From positions 124,001 through 188,000 of the forward strand of contig JAQGDQ010000053.1 in the NCBI GenBank assembly GCA_030141605.1: a DNA stretch of 64,000 bases, in the 5' to 3' direction. The DNA is from Tubiluchus corallicola (Eukaryota > Animalia > Priapulida). The notes below the pieces were generated by a model. The model saw only the letters and a program-made list of their open reading frames with translations. It made no database searches and was not told the DNA's origin. The translations under genes were made by a program, and so were the position numbers. This document shows positions 22,325-35,961 of this stretch, in pieces (positions within the stretch are counted from its first letter, which is position 1; the number at the start of each line of letters is the position of its first letter).

Positions 22325-25300
22325 TAAATCTTAAAATATAGCATGATAATAAGATGCTGGATATTAATTGCCATTAAGTAAAAAACACATTCGTACTTTT
22401 TTAATCCCATAAGTGCCATCTTTTTAAATATGCACTCTATAAGCCAGAGTTCAGCATTCAACTATGAAACCTAATTTGCAAACATTGTAGTGGCAAGATG
22501 ACGACCTCGCTCATTATCAAGGAAAATCTTGTCACAATGCACTAAACTGGCAGATGTGTTTTAGCAATATCCAGATGTACATACATCCTCCTATCTTGTT
22601 GTAATACAAAACATATTTACATAATTTACAGCAGTATTGCTTCATTCAGCTTTTACTATAAGATTGCAGAACATAAGCTTACATGTTCTGAAATAATGAG
22701 TAATGATGCCCTGCAACACGCATGGCAACTTACTAGTTCTGGTAACGAGCTCCTCTCTTAGGCAATGCAGTTCTTTGCTAAGTTCTGCTAACAGAGTGCC
22801 ATGACATCTAAGAGGTGGGAGATGGCGTCCTTGTAACTTTTCTCGCACCAAGTTCTGGTAATAATACTCTTGCTCTGATTCACAGCCAATTCTCATCATC
22901 TAGATAAATAATAAATTAACCAATCAAAGACTGAACATAACGAACATAACTGAGCTAAATTACCTAACACGGTTTCGCTGTGACTATCATATACAGTCAA
23001 ATCTCACTATAATGCCCACTTTGGGACCGGAAAAAAGTTCACGTTATAGCGAGTCGAGTTAAATTTTGCCATAATGAAATCTTGAAGCAGTCAGAACAAA
23101 TGTACAGTGGTTAGATTTCTCAATTTTCAAACTAGAGGTTAATGAATTAAAAGAAAACAAATTATCATTTGTGAATTAATGACTCACTCAAAATCAAACA
23201 ACTTTATTAAATACATTTTGTTTACATAATAAATGTGCCATGTACTTAGTATAAAATATAAGAGACTGCAGGTCACCACTACGCATGTACACGTAAAAAA
23301 AGGTTCGATTCATAACTACAACTTTTTTGTTGTGATTTACTTAAACAATGTTTAGAAAACAAGCAAAATTTTGCATTTCTCACTGGTGAAAAAAGAATTA
23401 CGTGTTTTTTTCTGTCAGTTGCCAGTAAGACTGCTTGGCATTGAGAATAGTCAGAATATTACTATTGTTATTATGTTGTATGACGTATGGTACAAGCTGG
23501 CAGACAATCAAAACGTGGTAACATGCATTATTATATACAAGAGATGTCTGGCCAGTGTGTGACAGTGACTCACCTGAGCATATATATATAGTACTGCCAG
23601 ACTGTTGGTACGGGAAAGAAAAGCTGTTGGCGCTAATTGAGACCAGCTCGTAGTCGTAGTCATCCATAAGCCTTGTTGGGGCATTGGTAGTATTTCCCCA
23701 TTGAACGTGTATATTCATTTGCCTGGCAAATGGCAGGCAATGGGAGGTGGTATAATTTTTATTTACATTTGAAACTGTTTTGTTCCTTCCAAGTTTGCAG
23801 TGCTAAACGAGTTTGGGGGTATAACGGAAGGCGATATAACGAGGTTTGACTGTAATTTCTATTTTAATTAGCCCAATATGTTCTATTTCAATAATGTCGA
23901 CTATTATGAAAGATTAGAAAGTCATGATTAGTCTCTGGAACTGTAATATATTTGTACTTTAATCATCGATATGTCAGTAGCCTGTTACTTTTACAGAAAA
24001 AGTGAAAAGAGAATGGAATTAACAAGTACCATTAAAATAAATGCCTAAAATGTTAATTTTCAGATAATTTAAGATAAGGTCACACATGTGTATGTATCTA
24101 TACCTGTTGCTGTATAAATGGAACAAGCATGACAAACAGAGGACTTCGATTTGTGACAATGAAATCTATGAAACTCCATAATGATGTTCCACCTGGAAAT
24201 GAAAATGTAGAAAATATATTTTGTTAATTCAAACTGATCTGATAAGACTGTCAAGCCTCTACATAAAACACAATGATAGAAAATACCAACTGGAAGAATG
24301 AGTTGAGCAAAACTCTCCAACAATATGTAAAGCTTTTGCAGATTCACTTGGGAAAGTGGAAAATTTTATAGGCTTTGCACAATTAGCTCCAATGTGAAGA
24401 CATTATTAGAGTGATGTAAAATGCATTAAATCTCTGCTACGTGTTTCAAAATTTCTGGTAGAAAATAAGGCATATTAATTTGTAATTTTTACAATCCCAA
24501 ACAAGTTTTTATAATGTCACATACAATTAAAAATGTCTTTTGGAACAGTCCTGAATGGCAATCATTCTGCACATTATGTTCAGAACTTTCCCAATGAGGT
24601 TTCAGACACTTTTCATTTTCAGACTGTTCCTGATTACAGTGAAGATTAGGTCAGTTTTTGTTAAAGAATGGATTAGAAAAAAACTGTATGGCGCAAACAA
24701 TACACATGATAAAATTTTCTTACAGCTATGCTAAAGTTATATTAGATGCAGATTCTATGAGACTTCCTGCAACATTGTTGCAAACTCCCTAGTGGCTGCA
24801 AACCTAAATAAACTAACATGGTTTTACGAAACTGACCTGGTAATCAGAGAGTAAGTGTTAAACCCATCAAATTTTATTTTTGGCATTCCAACTAATTCCT
24901 TTATGGCACTTTACCTATTACACGTTACACTTACCCTGTAAGATTGTGAATAAGTTTAACAGGTATTTCTTAATTAAGATCCATAGATCTAGCTAACAGT
25001 GTAAGTTATGATGCAGTATTATATTAGCAGGTGCCTCAGTAATTTCACTATTTAAGAATGCAACACGTTTTGCTTTAATAAATATTAAGAGTTAGAATGA
25101 AGCAGATTAGTAGATTCAACTTAATGTGACTTATTTCTTATTTCAATGTTAATTAGTTTCTCGTTATATAATTAAATAGAAAAATATCTGATAACTGATG
25201 TAAATAAACTTGTGTGTACATTTTAACTATGACCTATTGTAATTAGTAAAATACTTTTACATTTTTTCTAGTACAGACTCAAATAATGTAAAAAGCGATT

Positions 25301-28300
25301 TGTTCTATAGCTCTTCCATTGCCATGCTCCCACTTTCAGAAGCTAAAAAAGCTTAGTCTAATCCCACTATGTAGGAGTACCAGGAGGGCAACTTATTTTA
25401 AACCCTAAAACACAGCAACATACCGATTTGCTTGTTACCCAATTCCTGAACAACTCTAGCAATTTTATGCCATTCTGCTGCTAGCTCTCTTTCAAAGCAA
25501 GTGATGACTACCTTCAAACCTATAACAAAAACATATTTATTTCACTAAAAGCTATAAACACTAATTTTAACAATGCTATACTTCCAAAATACTAAGCCAA
25601 ATAATAAAAAATAAATAACATGCCGATTGTGTGTTACAGTGTATTGTGGGTTAGTGTATACAGTAACTAGAATAAAACATAAACCAAGACCAACATTTAT
25701 TTATTAATAAACACAAATAATAGAGAAACGTTCTTTACACTGGTTACTAGATATAGCTAGAAGTTAAAGAATGCCTAAATAATCAAATTCCCCATACAAC
25801 ATGGAAGAAAATAAAGATAAAAACAGTCTATTGAAAACCAAATGTTACATGTGGTCGTTGTAAACTTACACAGAAATGATATCTGAAACAGTGTGTCACG
25901 TATAATGCGTGGAATCCGATCATGAGACTCACTGGCAAGATCACTGATTGAAGACGCGTGTTGCGTTTTATTAGACGTGTGTTGATTCAGTGTGGACTTA
26001 GGGGGCAAAATTGCATCAAGAGTAAAATTCAATGTAAACACCACATCTTCATGTCTTATGCGTGGAGATTCTGGAAAACATTAAAATGTAATGTCTCAGA
26101 AACAAAAATAAGGAAATAATTTTTAAAATAATGTTTTTGGTACAAGAGCACAACTGTTTCAACATTACAGTTAAAAAGTGCAATTAATATTGCTAAAGCT
26201 CTGAGTTATTTACTTTTATCATTAATTCACCATCAACATTTCAATTAGGTGTTTTTGCATTCGGCCTCACTTTATTAATTTAGAATTTTAGACTTTTTAA
26301 ATCACACAGGTAAAACTATCTGCACATACCTTTGCCACCCTTCCCAGACCGGAGACAGACTGGTATAATCAAATTTAGCAGCACATTTTCCGTCTTATCT
26401 AAGCTTGAAAGAGTGGCCATTCCTCCGCAAAGAGAATCCAGTGGATACTGATCCTAAAAAAACATTATTATCACGATTGATATAGCAGTTGAAGTTACTT
26501 GGAAACCAATTTACTTTCATGCACCTAAGCAATATGCAAATTATCAGTATCACTGAGCAGCATGCCAGTCATCATAACAATAAGTTCACAGCTAAAAATT
26601 TTAACTTAAGGTGCGATCTTCTAATTGCAAAAATGAATCGGATCCAGTTCTCAAGCTCGAGTTAAACCTGCCAGTGAGTATCCCACTAAACCTGTTTGAC
26701 AAAGTTTATTTAAAATTATTTTTCAGTACGAACGTTTTGTGAGGTTTCATCTGGTTTTATATATATTAATATATATATATTAAATATATATATATATATA
26801 TAATATTGCTTTGAACAAAAGAAAATAGAATAAGTTAAGCTATAATAAAAATAGATATTCATGACAATGACTGCACTGTTGGCTAATGATTATAGAGTGA
26901 GTTACAGTTTTTCCAAACAAAACCAACAATAATTACTAATGTATAAGTAATACAATAATAAGAGTGTAACATAACCTTTTGCTGAGGGGAGACACAAAAG
27001 CAATGAATAATAATACAGAATAAATTATCAAAGTGTTCCTCAAATGCAAATCTATATACCCTCAATATTTAGCATAGAACCCTCGCACATCTGGCACAAC
27101 CTGCAATTTTGAGGAGTATGAATGGAGACTCAAAGAGATCAGAGTCAAATTCAGACTGTCTAGTACATCTTGCAGATATCTCATAAGCTTATACCCCTCA
27201 AAACTGCAAGGCTGTGGAATATTGAAGGTAATGACAGATTCTCAATTGATGAAACACTACTTTGATTCACTAAATTGTTCTGTACTAATACTCGTTGTTT
27301 TTGACCCCTACCCCCTTAACAAAAGGTATTCTGCACCCTTTATTAAGAGAACACTGACAATTTTCTTCTCGGCATGTTCAGCAGTCTCAAATTTTTCCAA
27401 GCAATTGTTACCAAATACGAGATCTGTACTTTTGTTCTTATAGTAAATGGTTATATGTGAGTTAGTTTGCATGTGGGTAAACAACAAAACACTTTGTTAA
27501 GGTTGGTTTGCAACAAACAGCTTACAAGAATCCCTGAATAGCTACTTATAAACTATAATTAACATGGGGAATTAACTGTTAGAACTAGAAAAGTGAACTG
27601 AACCAAAATCAGTGTTAATTCTTGGATACAGCATCAATTAATTCAAGGCACAAAATTCAGTATCACCTTGCAATGAATTATTTTAAAAATTCTAGCACCA
27701 GTTACAACACAACAAAATACCACAGAAAAATCAGTTGTCATTATTTTGGGGTAAATTTGGAGGCAATCATTTTCTCACAGTTTTTATGGCATAATTCCAC
27801 ACATACTCTCAAGTTATCATAACTGGGTACATCAGTGAACATATAATGTATACTTTACATGTTTGGCACGCATAGAATTCATCCAAGCATTTAAAAAAAT
27901 AGATGCAGTTTGAATAAAAATTTGAAAGAAAGAAAGAACTATGTTAGAGGATAACATGTAGGACAAAAAATTCTTTAGGCGATGTGAACGGAACACAATG
28001 CACTGAAAGCATACAAGCCGTAGCATACACTTGCATACCTTTAATGCTTTTACGAGCATCTCCAACCGTAATTGAGCACCACTAGGTATGTACTGAAATA
28101 TCTACAGTAAAATGATAGAGCAAAAAATGATAAATAAATATAGAACATGCTATATGCATAGAATGTATAACACATACACAGACACACGTTTCCACAGAGA
28201 TTGTCTGCACAGTTCTAATACAAAATACATCACAATTTTAGCTTTTTACCATATGTTGCAATAAAACAGTTCTCTATGTTTTTTTACTAAGACAGAATAG

Positions 28301-28517
28301 ATTTTTTTCAAAAAGGCCTTATCGAAAACGATTACTACCAAATGTTGCTGCACTTGAATAGCAAAAACTATATTAGAAATGTTCTCACAGACAATCCCGA
28401 TTAGAAAAACTAATCAAGTCAATATATTTAAAATGATGCAATGATAGTCACAGAAAAAATATATAAGATAAAAATTTGAAAAATACAAAACACCACCACT
28501 ACCATCACCACCATAAG

Positions 28518-28557
<40 letters not shown>

Positions 28558-31500
28558 TACAGTTTCATAATACAGTCATACCACACCAGACGTAACAACA
28601 CATTCCTAGAAAAAGACCACATACATTAACAAAAATAAATAACTCCAATACTAAAACTATTCAACTATTCAACTAATCAACGATCAGATTTAATTGCAGC
28701 TGGACTGTTGCACTACTCTATCAAATCGTGGTTTTTTTCACATAAATTGCATTTTATTACCAAAATGTAGGAAATGACTGATTGATTCTTGAATGTGAGC
28801 TAACTAACTAAAGGCCAAGTGCTAACTATGTGACATGGCAGAATTCAATGAGCTTTTAATTCATGACAGAGAAGACCAGGAAACTACGACATCCACCACA
28901 ATAGCTTGCTGTTTTCTCGAAACGAGATAATGCAATGTATATCAACAAAATAAGAAACCAGTGATAGGCAAGTTCCATTAAAAATAACCTTATGCAAGTT
29001 TCAAATTCTTTAAGAGTGTAATGAACTCAGTTCAACTTCACGTCTCTTTCAATCAGGATGAACTTAAAGCAAAACTGGACGCAATCTTAAACTATAGGTC
29101 AAAACAATCTACTCTTTAAAACATTGAAAGGAAACATATACTATTTTTTCAAAATTGACTTACGTCAGGGGTGTGCAAATTACCTGACTAGTTGGGCCAC
29201 ATTAAACTTTCCCGCAATTCCTGGGGGCCACAGGCAGTTTGATCAAGGAGCCAAGTACAGTAGGGCCTAATAACGATTTTTTGCATTCGATTTGCGCACA
29301 TCATTACTACTACACTCAAGAAAACTATTTTAGAAGTTATTAAAATTTATGTTAAAAACCATATTTTTCAACTTTTACATCAGGTAGTAGTAATTTCGAT
29401 ACAATGCATATTAGTAATGCGTATCACACAGTCTGTGTAGCATGGTGCATATTAATTTGTCTTGACTCGATCTTCTTCTTGAATCTTCCTCTTTTTTCTT
29501 ATAGATGATTCTGATCTATACGAACACTATACCTGATGAAACAACGAAACAACCACTGATTGAGGCGTGTACTACTGAGCCTAAGCAGAAACTAAAATCT
29601 GGGAATCCCCCTATATCAGGGGTGACCACACTTTTTCAGCTTGCTGGCTACTTACAAATTGGTCTGCCCAGTCGTCTTCTTGGTCATAGTAGGTAGATCA
29701 TTTTGACTTGGTTATTATACAATTTTATTTATAATTTATTTTGTAAAATAACCAAGTCAAAATGACCTACCTGCTGTGACCAAGAAGATGACTGGGCAGA
29801 TCAACAGCCCCGATAATAGAAGCCCAGAGATTGGCTGGTTGGTTTTCCTACCAGCCAATCAGATTGCTTTTCGCATTTTTTGCAGATTTGACGTTTCAAT
29901 GGCGGCTTCCGTGACAGTATGCTGTGTTCTGTGATTACACGCTTTTTTGTGTTCCAAGTGAGCAACGTGTAATTTCGTCATGTCCGCCAGTGACATTAAG
30001 TGACAACCGTCTTGTAAGGGTTAATGTCGTCCGATGTAGTGGAAAAAACTACTGCACTATCTTTGCGATCATGAACTTCAGTTGGATACACTCAATTCAT
30101 CGCCTGGGTCACACTTTCATTAGGAAGACAAATCTCTTCGCGGGCCGCACAACACCTCTCGGCGGCAAGCGGCCCGCGCGCAGTTTACACACCCCTGACT
30201 TACGTGAAAGAATTATGACCACACAAAATTTCGCATTCACACTACTAGTTCTTCGCTATTACAAGCACTTTGCCATTCGCTAGTTAGACGGGCACTAGTA
30301 CCCGTATTTCATAAATGTACTGCACAAAAAACTGGTGCTGTATCTTTCAGTTCAGATGTGTTCATTTGTGACGAACTACACACGTTTGACAGCTCCTGCG
30401 TGAGCTCAAAGGTATTTTGAAATTTTAGTTTTTATCATAAAACTTGCCTAGTTTCAGTACAACACACTGGATATCTTACAATAGCACTGTACATCAATTT
30501 CCGCTTTTGCAAACATGTGCAACATTCTCATGGAATATTTTTGCTGTTGAAAATTATGTTAGCTTGTGATAGCATCAATAGTTGGGCTCGACCGTTTTTA
30601 ATCTATTATTAATTATCAGAAACGCTTTTGTAATATTAATTGTGTTAACATATATACTTTTTATCGGACTTGAAAATGGGGTAGTATACGTAAAATCATT
30701 GTATGTTCCTTTGAATCAAGCTCATGCTCACGTTTGGGTTTTTTTTTGTCAAACTGAGTTGAGCTCCAAGTTGAAAGTATATGGCGCCACTAATTAATAA
30801 ATCAATCAAGAATGTAGGTCTAGCGACAGCCAGTATATCAATGAACACGCACTTTGAAGTCAGTCTTTAAGCTAACAAATAGAACACTATTGAAAAAATA
30901 TTTAATACATTGCACAACACAGAGTGCAACCATTTATTGCTAAAATAAATGATCACAATCTGCTTTGCTTTATTATTATTATTATATCACTTGATGTGTA
31001 TGCTCATTTGAGTAGTATGTAAATGTTCACTGTCAGCATTTACCGTGATTCCTAGAAAGATAACGAATTCTTCTACCATAACACTTTTTCACCAATGTTT
31101 TTACACATTCTGCACTTTTTTATTAACATGTACAATTTAAGCCTGGAAATGAAAATATAAATTTATCTATATAAATAAGTACCTAAATCTAAGCTATCTA
31201 TCAAAATCTATCAATACACACACATAATATATATAGTATAAAGTGAAAATTATGTTAATAGTATGGATAAGTAATTTTCCTACATAAAATAAATACTTGA
31301 GTCTTGAGAATAAATTCACATACCCCTGTCACATGTATCTGCATGCAGACAAGTTGAATGACAGCTTTACAGAACACCTGTGGTGGAGCATGTTGAAGAC
31401 AAGCTTGTAGTGAACTGTGATGAATGCTGTGCATACTCTCTCCGACACTATGAGACGATCCGTCTGCAAGCGCGATACTCAAACAAATGTTGAGTAAAAA

Positions 31501-34500
31501 TTTAAGGTGAGGCAGATAAGCAATGTATGGGTACTTTTGTAGCGACAAGTAGACGCCTTTTAGCAGGTTCGCTGCAGCTTCCCAATCACAGTTACGCTGA
31601 AAACAAAAGTGTGATAAAATTGAAATGTCTGTAGTTTTCTAAACGCTCTAACGATTAAGTGTGAATGCACATTATACAAGTGGATTTAGGTTAAAAGGCC
31701 AGAGTAATCCTTCCTAACTGTCATACTGGTCGCCAAACATTCAGTCTCTGAAGCAGTAGTATAAACACAATTCCAAAGTTAAATTGAAAGATAACTGACA
31801 AGCCCAGTACTTCATACTATACTAGTGGCATATTAACACCTACAACAGAATCAATTATTTCTAATCTTAATGCCAAGCTTATTATTAATGATGGTACAAA
31901 CCCAAAATTGCGATAAAATTGAAATGTCTGTAGTTTTCTAAATGATTCAACGATTGAGTGTGAATGCTCATTATACAAGTTAATTTATGTTTAAGGCTAG
32001 AGTAATCCTAACTGTCATACTGGTCGCCAAACATTCAGTCTCTGAAGCAATAGTATAAACGCCATTCCAAAACCCAAACCCAAAATTAGTCAAATTTTGA
32101 TGCTAAACTTCAACAAAATAAACTTTGGACTGCCATAATCACCGGGAGACACAGTGACTTAGTGGTTTTGGAGTCGGCTTTGTATGTCAAAGGCCCCCAG
32201 ATCAAATCCAAATGTTTCAAACTTTTTACATTTCACATTTCCTGTCTTTTGAGTTTAGCATCAAAATTTAATTAATTGTGAGTTTGTACCATCACCTACA
32301 ATAGAAACAATTGAAAGTCATATTGTACATTTGTAGTAAGCTACTAATTTGAACCACTGCTTTAGAATTTAATCAGTGACAAGAACTTACACGTAATCCA
32401 GGTTTCTTGTAAATCTTAGTAAAAGTTTTATCCAGTCTACGAAAGATCATAATCAGACATGGCCGAATGGCTTCCTGAGACCAATCAGTAATAGGTAATA
32501 ACTGTGTAATGTACTTTTGCAAACCTTGACAGCCCATTGTTATAGGATCATATGGAGACATCTTCAATAATGCATGTGAAATATCTGCAAGTCTCTGTAA
32601 AAACCAAGTTATTAATTAAGTGCAATATGTTGAAGGAGTTTTTTAATGGTCACTTAGGTCAAATCAGTGAGCAAGGAAATTGCAATAGTGACTCACAGCA
32701 CAACAAAAGTGAATAATCACTAATGCCAATTATATAGCTTCTATGAAATGCATTTTTGTCCATTTTTCCTATCATTACTAAACTGATGCCGCAAACAATT
32801 TGCTTACATGTGTCTGCACCAGAACATTAACAACAAACATCACGTCTTTCTATAGATGTTTGGAGCTAGCTGAAATATTACTAGTAGTATTTAAGATATC
32901 TGACTAAAAGGTAGCTTTAGTCTATTAGTCTTCCAGGAAAAACTTTGACAATTTTAATTAAAATGAAGAAATTAATACAAATGTATCTACAATAAGGAAT
33001 TTATCCATCTATCAGTCTATCTATAAACAGGCATATCACATAACTGTGTGCTATAAACAGAAAATACATTGATTGCATCCCCACCTGACAAAAAACTAAA
33101 AAAAACACTCAAATGCACAGCTTCTACAAAAGCTTTCTCGCATAATAGGTTTTATTTATAAACTGATATCGTACTACAAAGAAGTGAGATATAGCACTTT
33201 TTAGACAGTCAGCAAAAAATAACAATTATATGAGATGCATAGTAAGAAAAAAAATCACCACAGAGCAACAACGTTTTGAATTGATAACAGTCTAGCAGCT
33301 CAAACTGCAAACAGTCCTGCTTCTATTAGATTAAAAATTACAAAATTAGTTAAAATATCAAACAAAACAAAAATTTAACTTGCCATATGAGCTTTAACAT
33401 CAAGAAGGTCTGGTATTCGGCAAGTTGGATCGGACATCAATTTTGGTAGCTCTTTCAAACGCTTAGATGTCAAACAAATGAAATCAGCTACGACACACAG
33501 CAAAGTATCGCGAGGTCTACGGAAATCTGCTATGGCTTCAATATCTTCCAATCCCTCTTCATACCTACGTCTCCCTCTTTCATCGACAAACCTATATGAA
33601 GAAGTAATGTTAAACGGTAAGCTTTAGTATCCACATGCCTCATTTGAATACCACTGAGATATTTACGGTGTGCACACATTTGACACTGACATTTGAACAC
33701 AAGATCTTTTGCCACAAGACATTTGGACACAAGGTACCTTGTACACATAGGTCATTTCGACACAAGGTGATATGGACATGTAAAGTATATGGACGTAAAA
33801 GTAATTTGGACACAAGGCAATTTGGACACAAGGCTATTTCTGCATAGACACATACTGTAATTCTCACTCATTATATAATTTATAACATGTTGTTACTGAT
33901 TGCTGTTATCTGATCTTTTGCTAATGAGCAATGAGGCATAATTTGTTTGGCTGCATCAGCAGATTGCAGCATGAGTTGTTATATCTGGATATTTAAAAAT
34001 TGCTAAAGCCGATTGACTTAAAAGTTAATACGACCTGAGTCTGACCCACACCCTTCCAGTGTAACCTAACCATAAAAATTACTTATATCATTGACCGTAT
34101 AGCTGTGGCAAGAATGTAAAGAAAAATTTATTCATTATACATGCAGCACTTTGGCTGAATCCGGGAAAATTGTTTATCACACGACAAATGTACTGTATGA
34201 ACTAGAAAGATTTTATTGCCCATTTTACTAGCTTGCAAAGAAAAATCTTCCAAGAAAATCTTCTTGTGACTGTTCATCATTTATCTTAATTGACACACTT
34301 AATTGCACATTAGCTTTTGGTTTTTCAATTCAACTTGAAAAGTTACAGCAAGAAATCGCGCCGTATCCGTCGCAATCGCTAAAATCGCTGCATCCGGATA
34401 TCCACATACTATAAAAATGCCCTAATATTTATGTAAATTTTGACCTGCAGACTGCAGTTACTGTTGGAGAAGTTGGATTTGAGGATGTGAGAAAAAGAAT

Positions 34501-35928
34501 CTTTCAAAATAGATAACAAAAATAAATCATCTGTTTGATATACAGTTCTTTAAACATTAGAAACTCATTGAATTTTGCAATAAAGCCGCTTAATGCACCC
34601 ATCTCCAAGCTATGCATCCAAACTACTTTTGTTCAAATGTCCTATGTGTCCAAATGACCTATTTGTCCAAACAGCCTTTGTCCAAATAACCTATGCGTCT
34701 AAAATGTTTGTGTCGAAATAGCTTGTGCTTAAAACCACTGTAGCCAATATTTACAAATCAAAATACATCCATTAGTCATTACAACGAATAAAGAAACACG
34801 ACAAAGAAAAAAATCCTAATCCGGGACAATATCATACATCAGCAAATCTAATTCTGAAAAAAACTTAATCCCATACTTAATATGCATATCCTCTCGGTCT
34901 TCCTCAGCCATTTCCATGCTTTGTGGAGAATGATTAGTGTAGCCACGGCTTGCCTTCATACTATTTACATTTATCTTGTCTATATACCTCTGTGGTCCAC
35001 TATAGTTTCTGGTAAAGATATAATTAATCCCAGTTAATTGCTGTGATGTGAGTGTAAGAAGACAGCAGCACTAGCCACAATGATGCGTTTCAGTCCAAAG
35101 GCTATGAGAAAGTAAAACAAGCAACACACGAACAAACAGTTAGATGTCACTAAAAAAACAAATACTGCAACACGAATGCATTAAAAAGACCAGTCATGTA
35201 AAGCTTTGCAGTCTCGTGTTTGGTTGCTTTTTGAAAAAGTAGTTAAGCTTTGTTTACAATGAATATGATTTTATCTTGTCAAAAATATCAGGAGAATGAG
35301 TTATAAATAAGCATATATACTTAATTTCATTAATACATTTTTATACAATAATGAGATAAAAGTGGAAAACAGAATACAGCAATTTAGGTACATTAATCAA
35401 TACAACATTACCAAAAAATGACTCAGTTACCTTTCTAAAAAATAACAAAAATATTGTAATTCAGCGAGAAGAGATATTCAGCTTCAGAAAATACTAAAAA
35501 CTCCTGAAATATAAACAAATCATACCATGGCTGACCTTTGCTAGAGTTTAAAGAGTGTAACAGCTCTGGTTATTGGTTGTGCCACCTCCCCAAGTTGCAC
35601 CCACCAAACAGTACAATAATGGAACGAGTAACTATATATTATGGGCTACACGTAGAAAGAATTGAAAATTACATATCTTTACACTACTAAAAACAACACA
35701 AATATCTTATTTAGACATACTATGTATGCTATCCATGCTTCACAATAATACAACAATCGTTTAAAAAAATCTTGCAAGAGTAAAATAATCTGCAACAGTG
35801 TTTTTGTAGTACAAAGGTGCAATACTGTACAGAAATGATGAGATACATGTCAAAATCCGTGCATTTCACAATCCCAGTCGTAATTTATGTTGTGCCATAC
35901 ATGTAGATAAGTTAACTAAACTAAGGCA

Positions 35929-35961
<33 letters not shown>

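Noticed and set aside
33690-33840. CRISPR-like array of short repeats
   Set aside because: Eukaryotic context, degenerate ~17-bp units without unique spacers, mirrored at 34630-34730: these are transposon subterminal repeats.
35526-35631. Exon-like segment with AG/GT ends on the - strand
   Set aside because: In-frame stop in the required phase.
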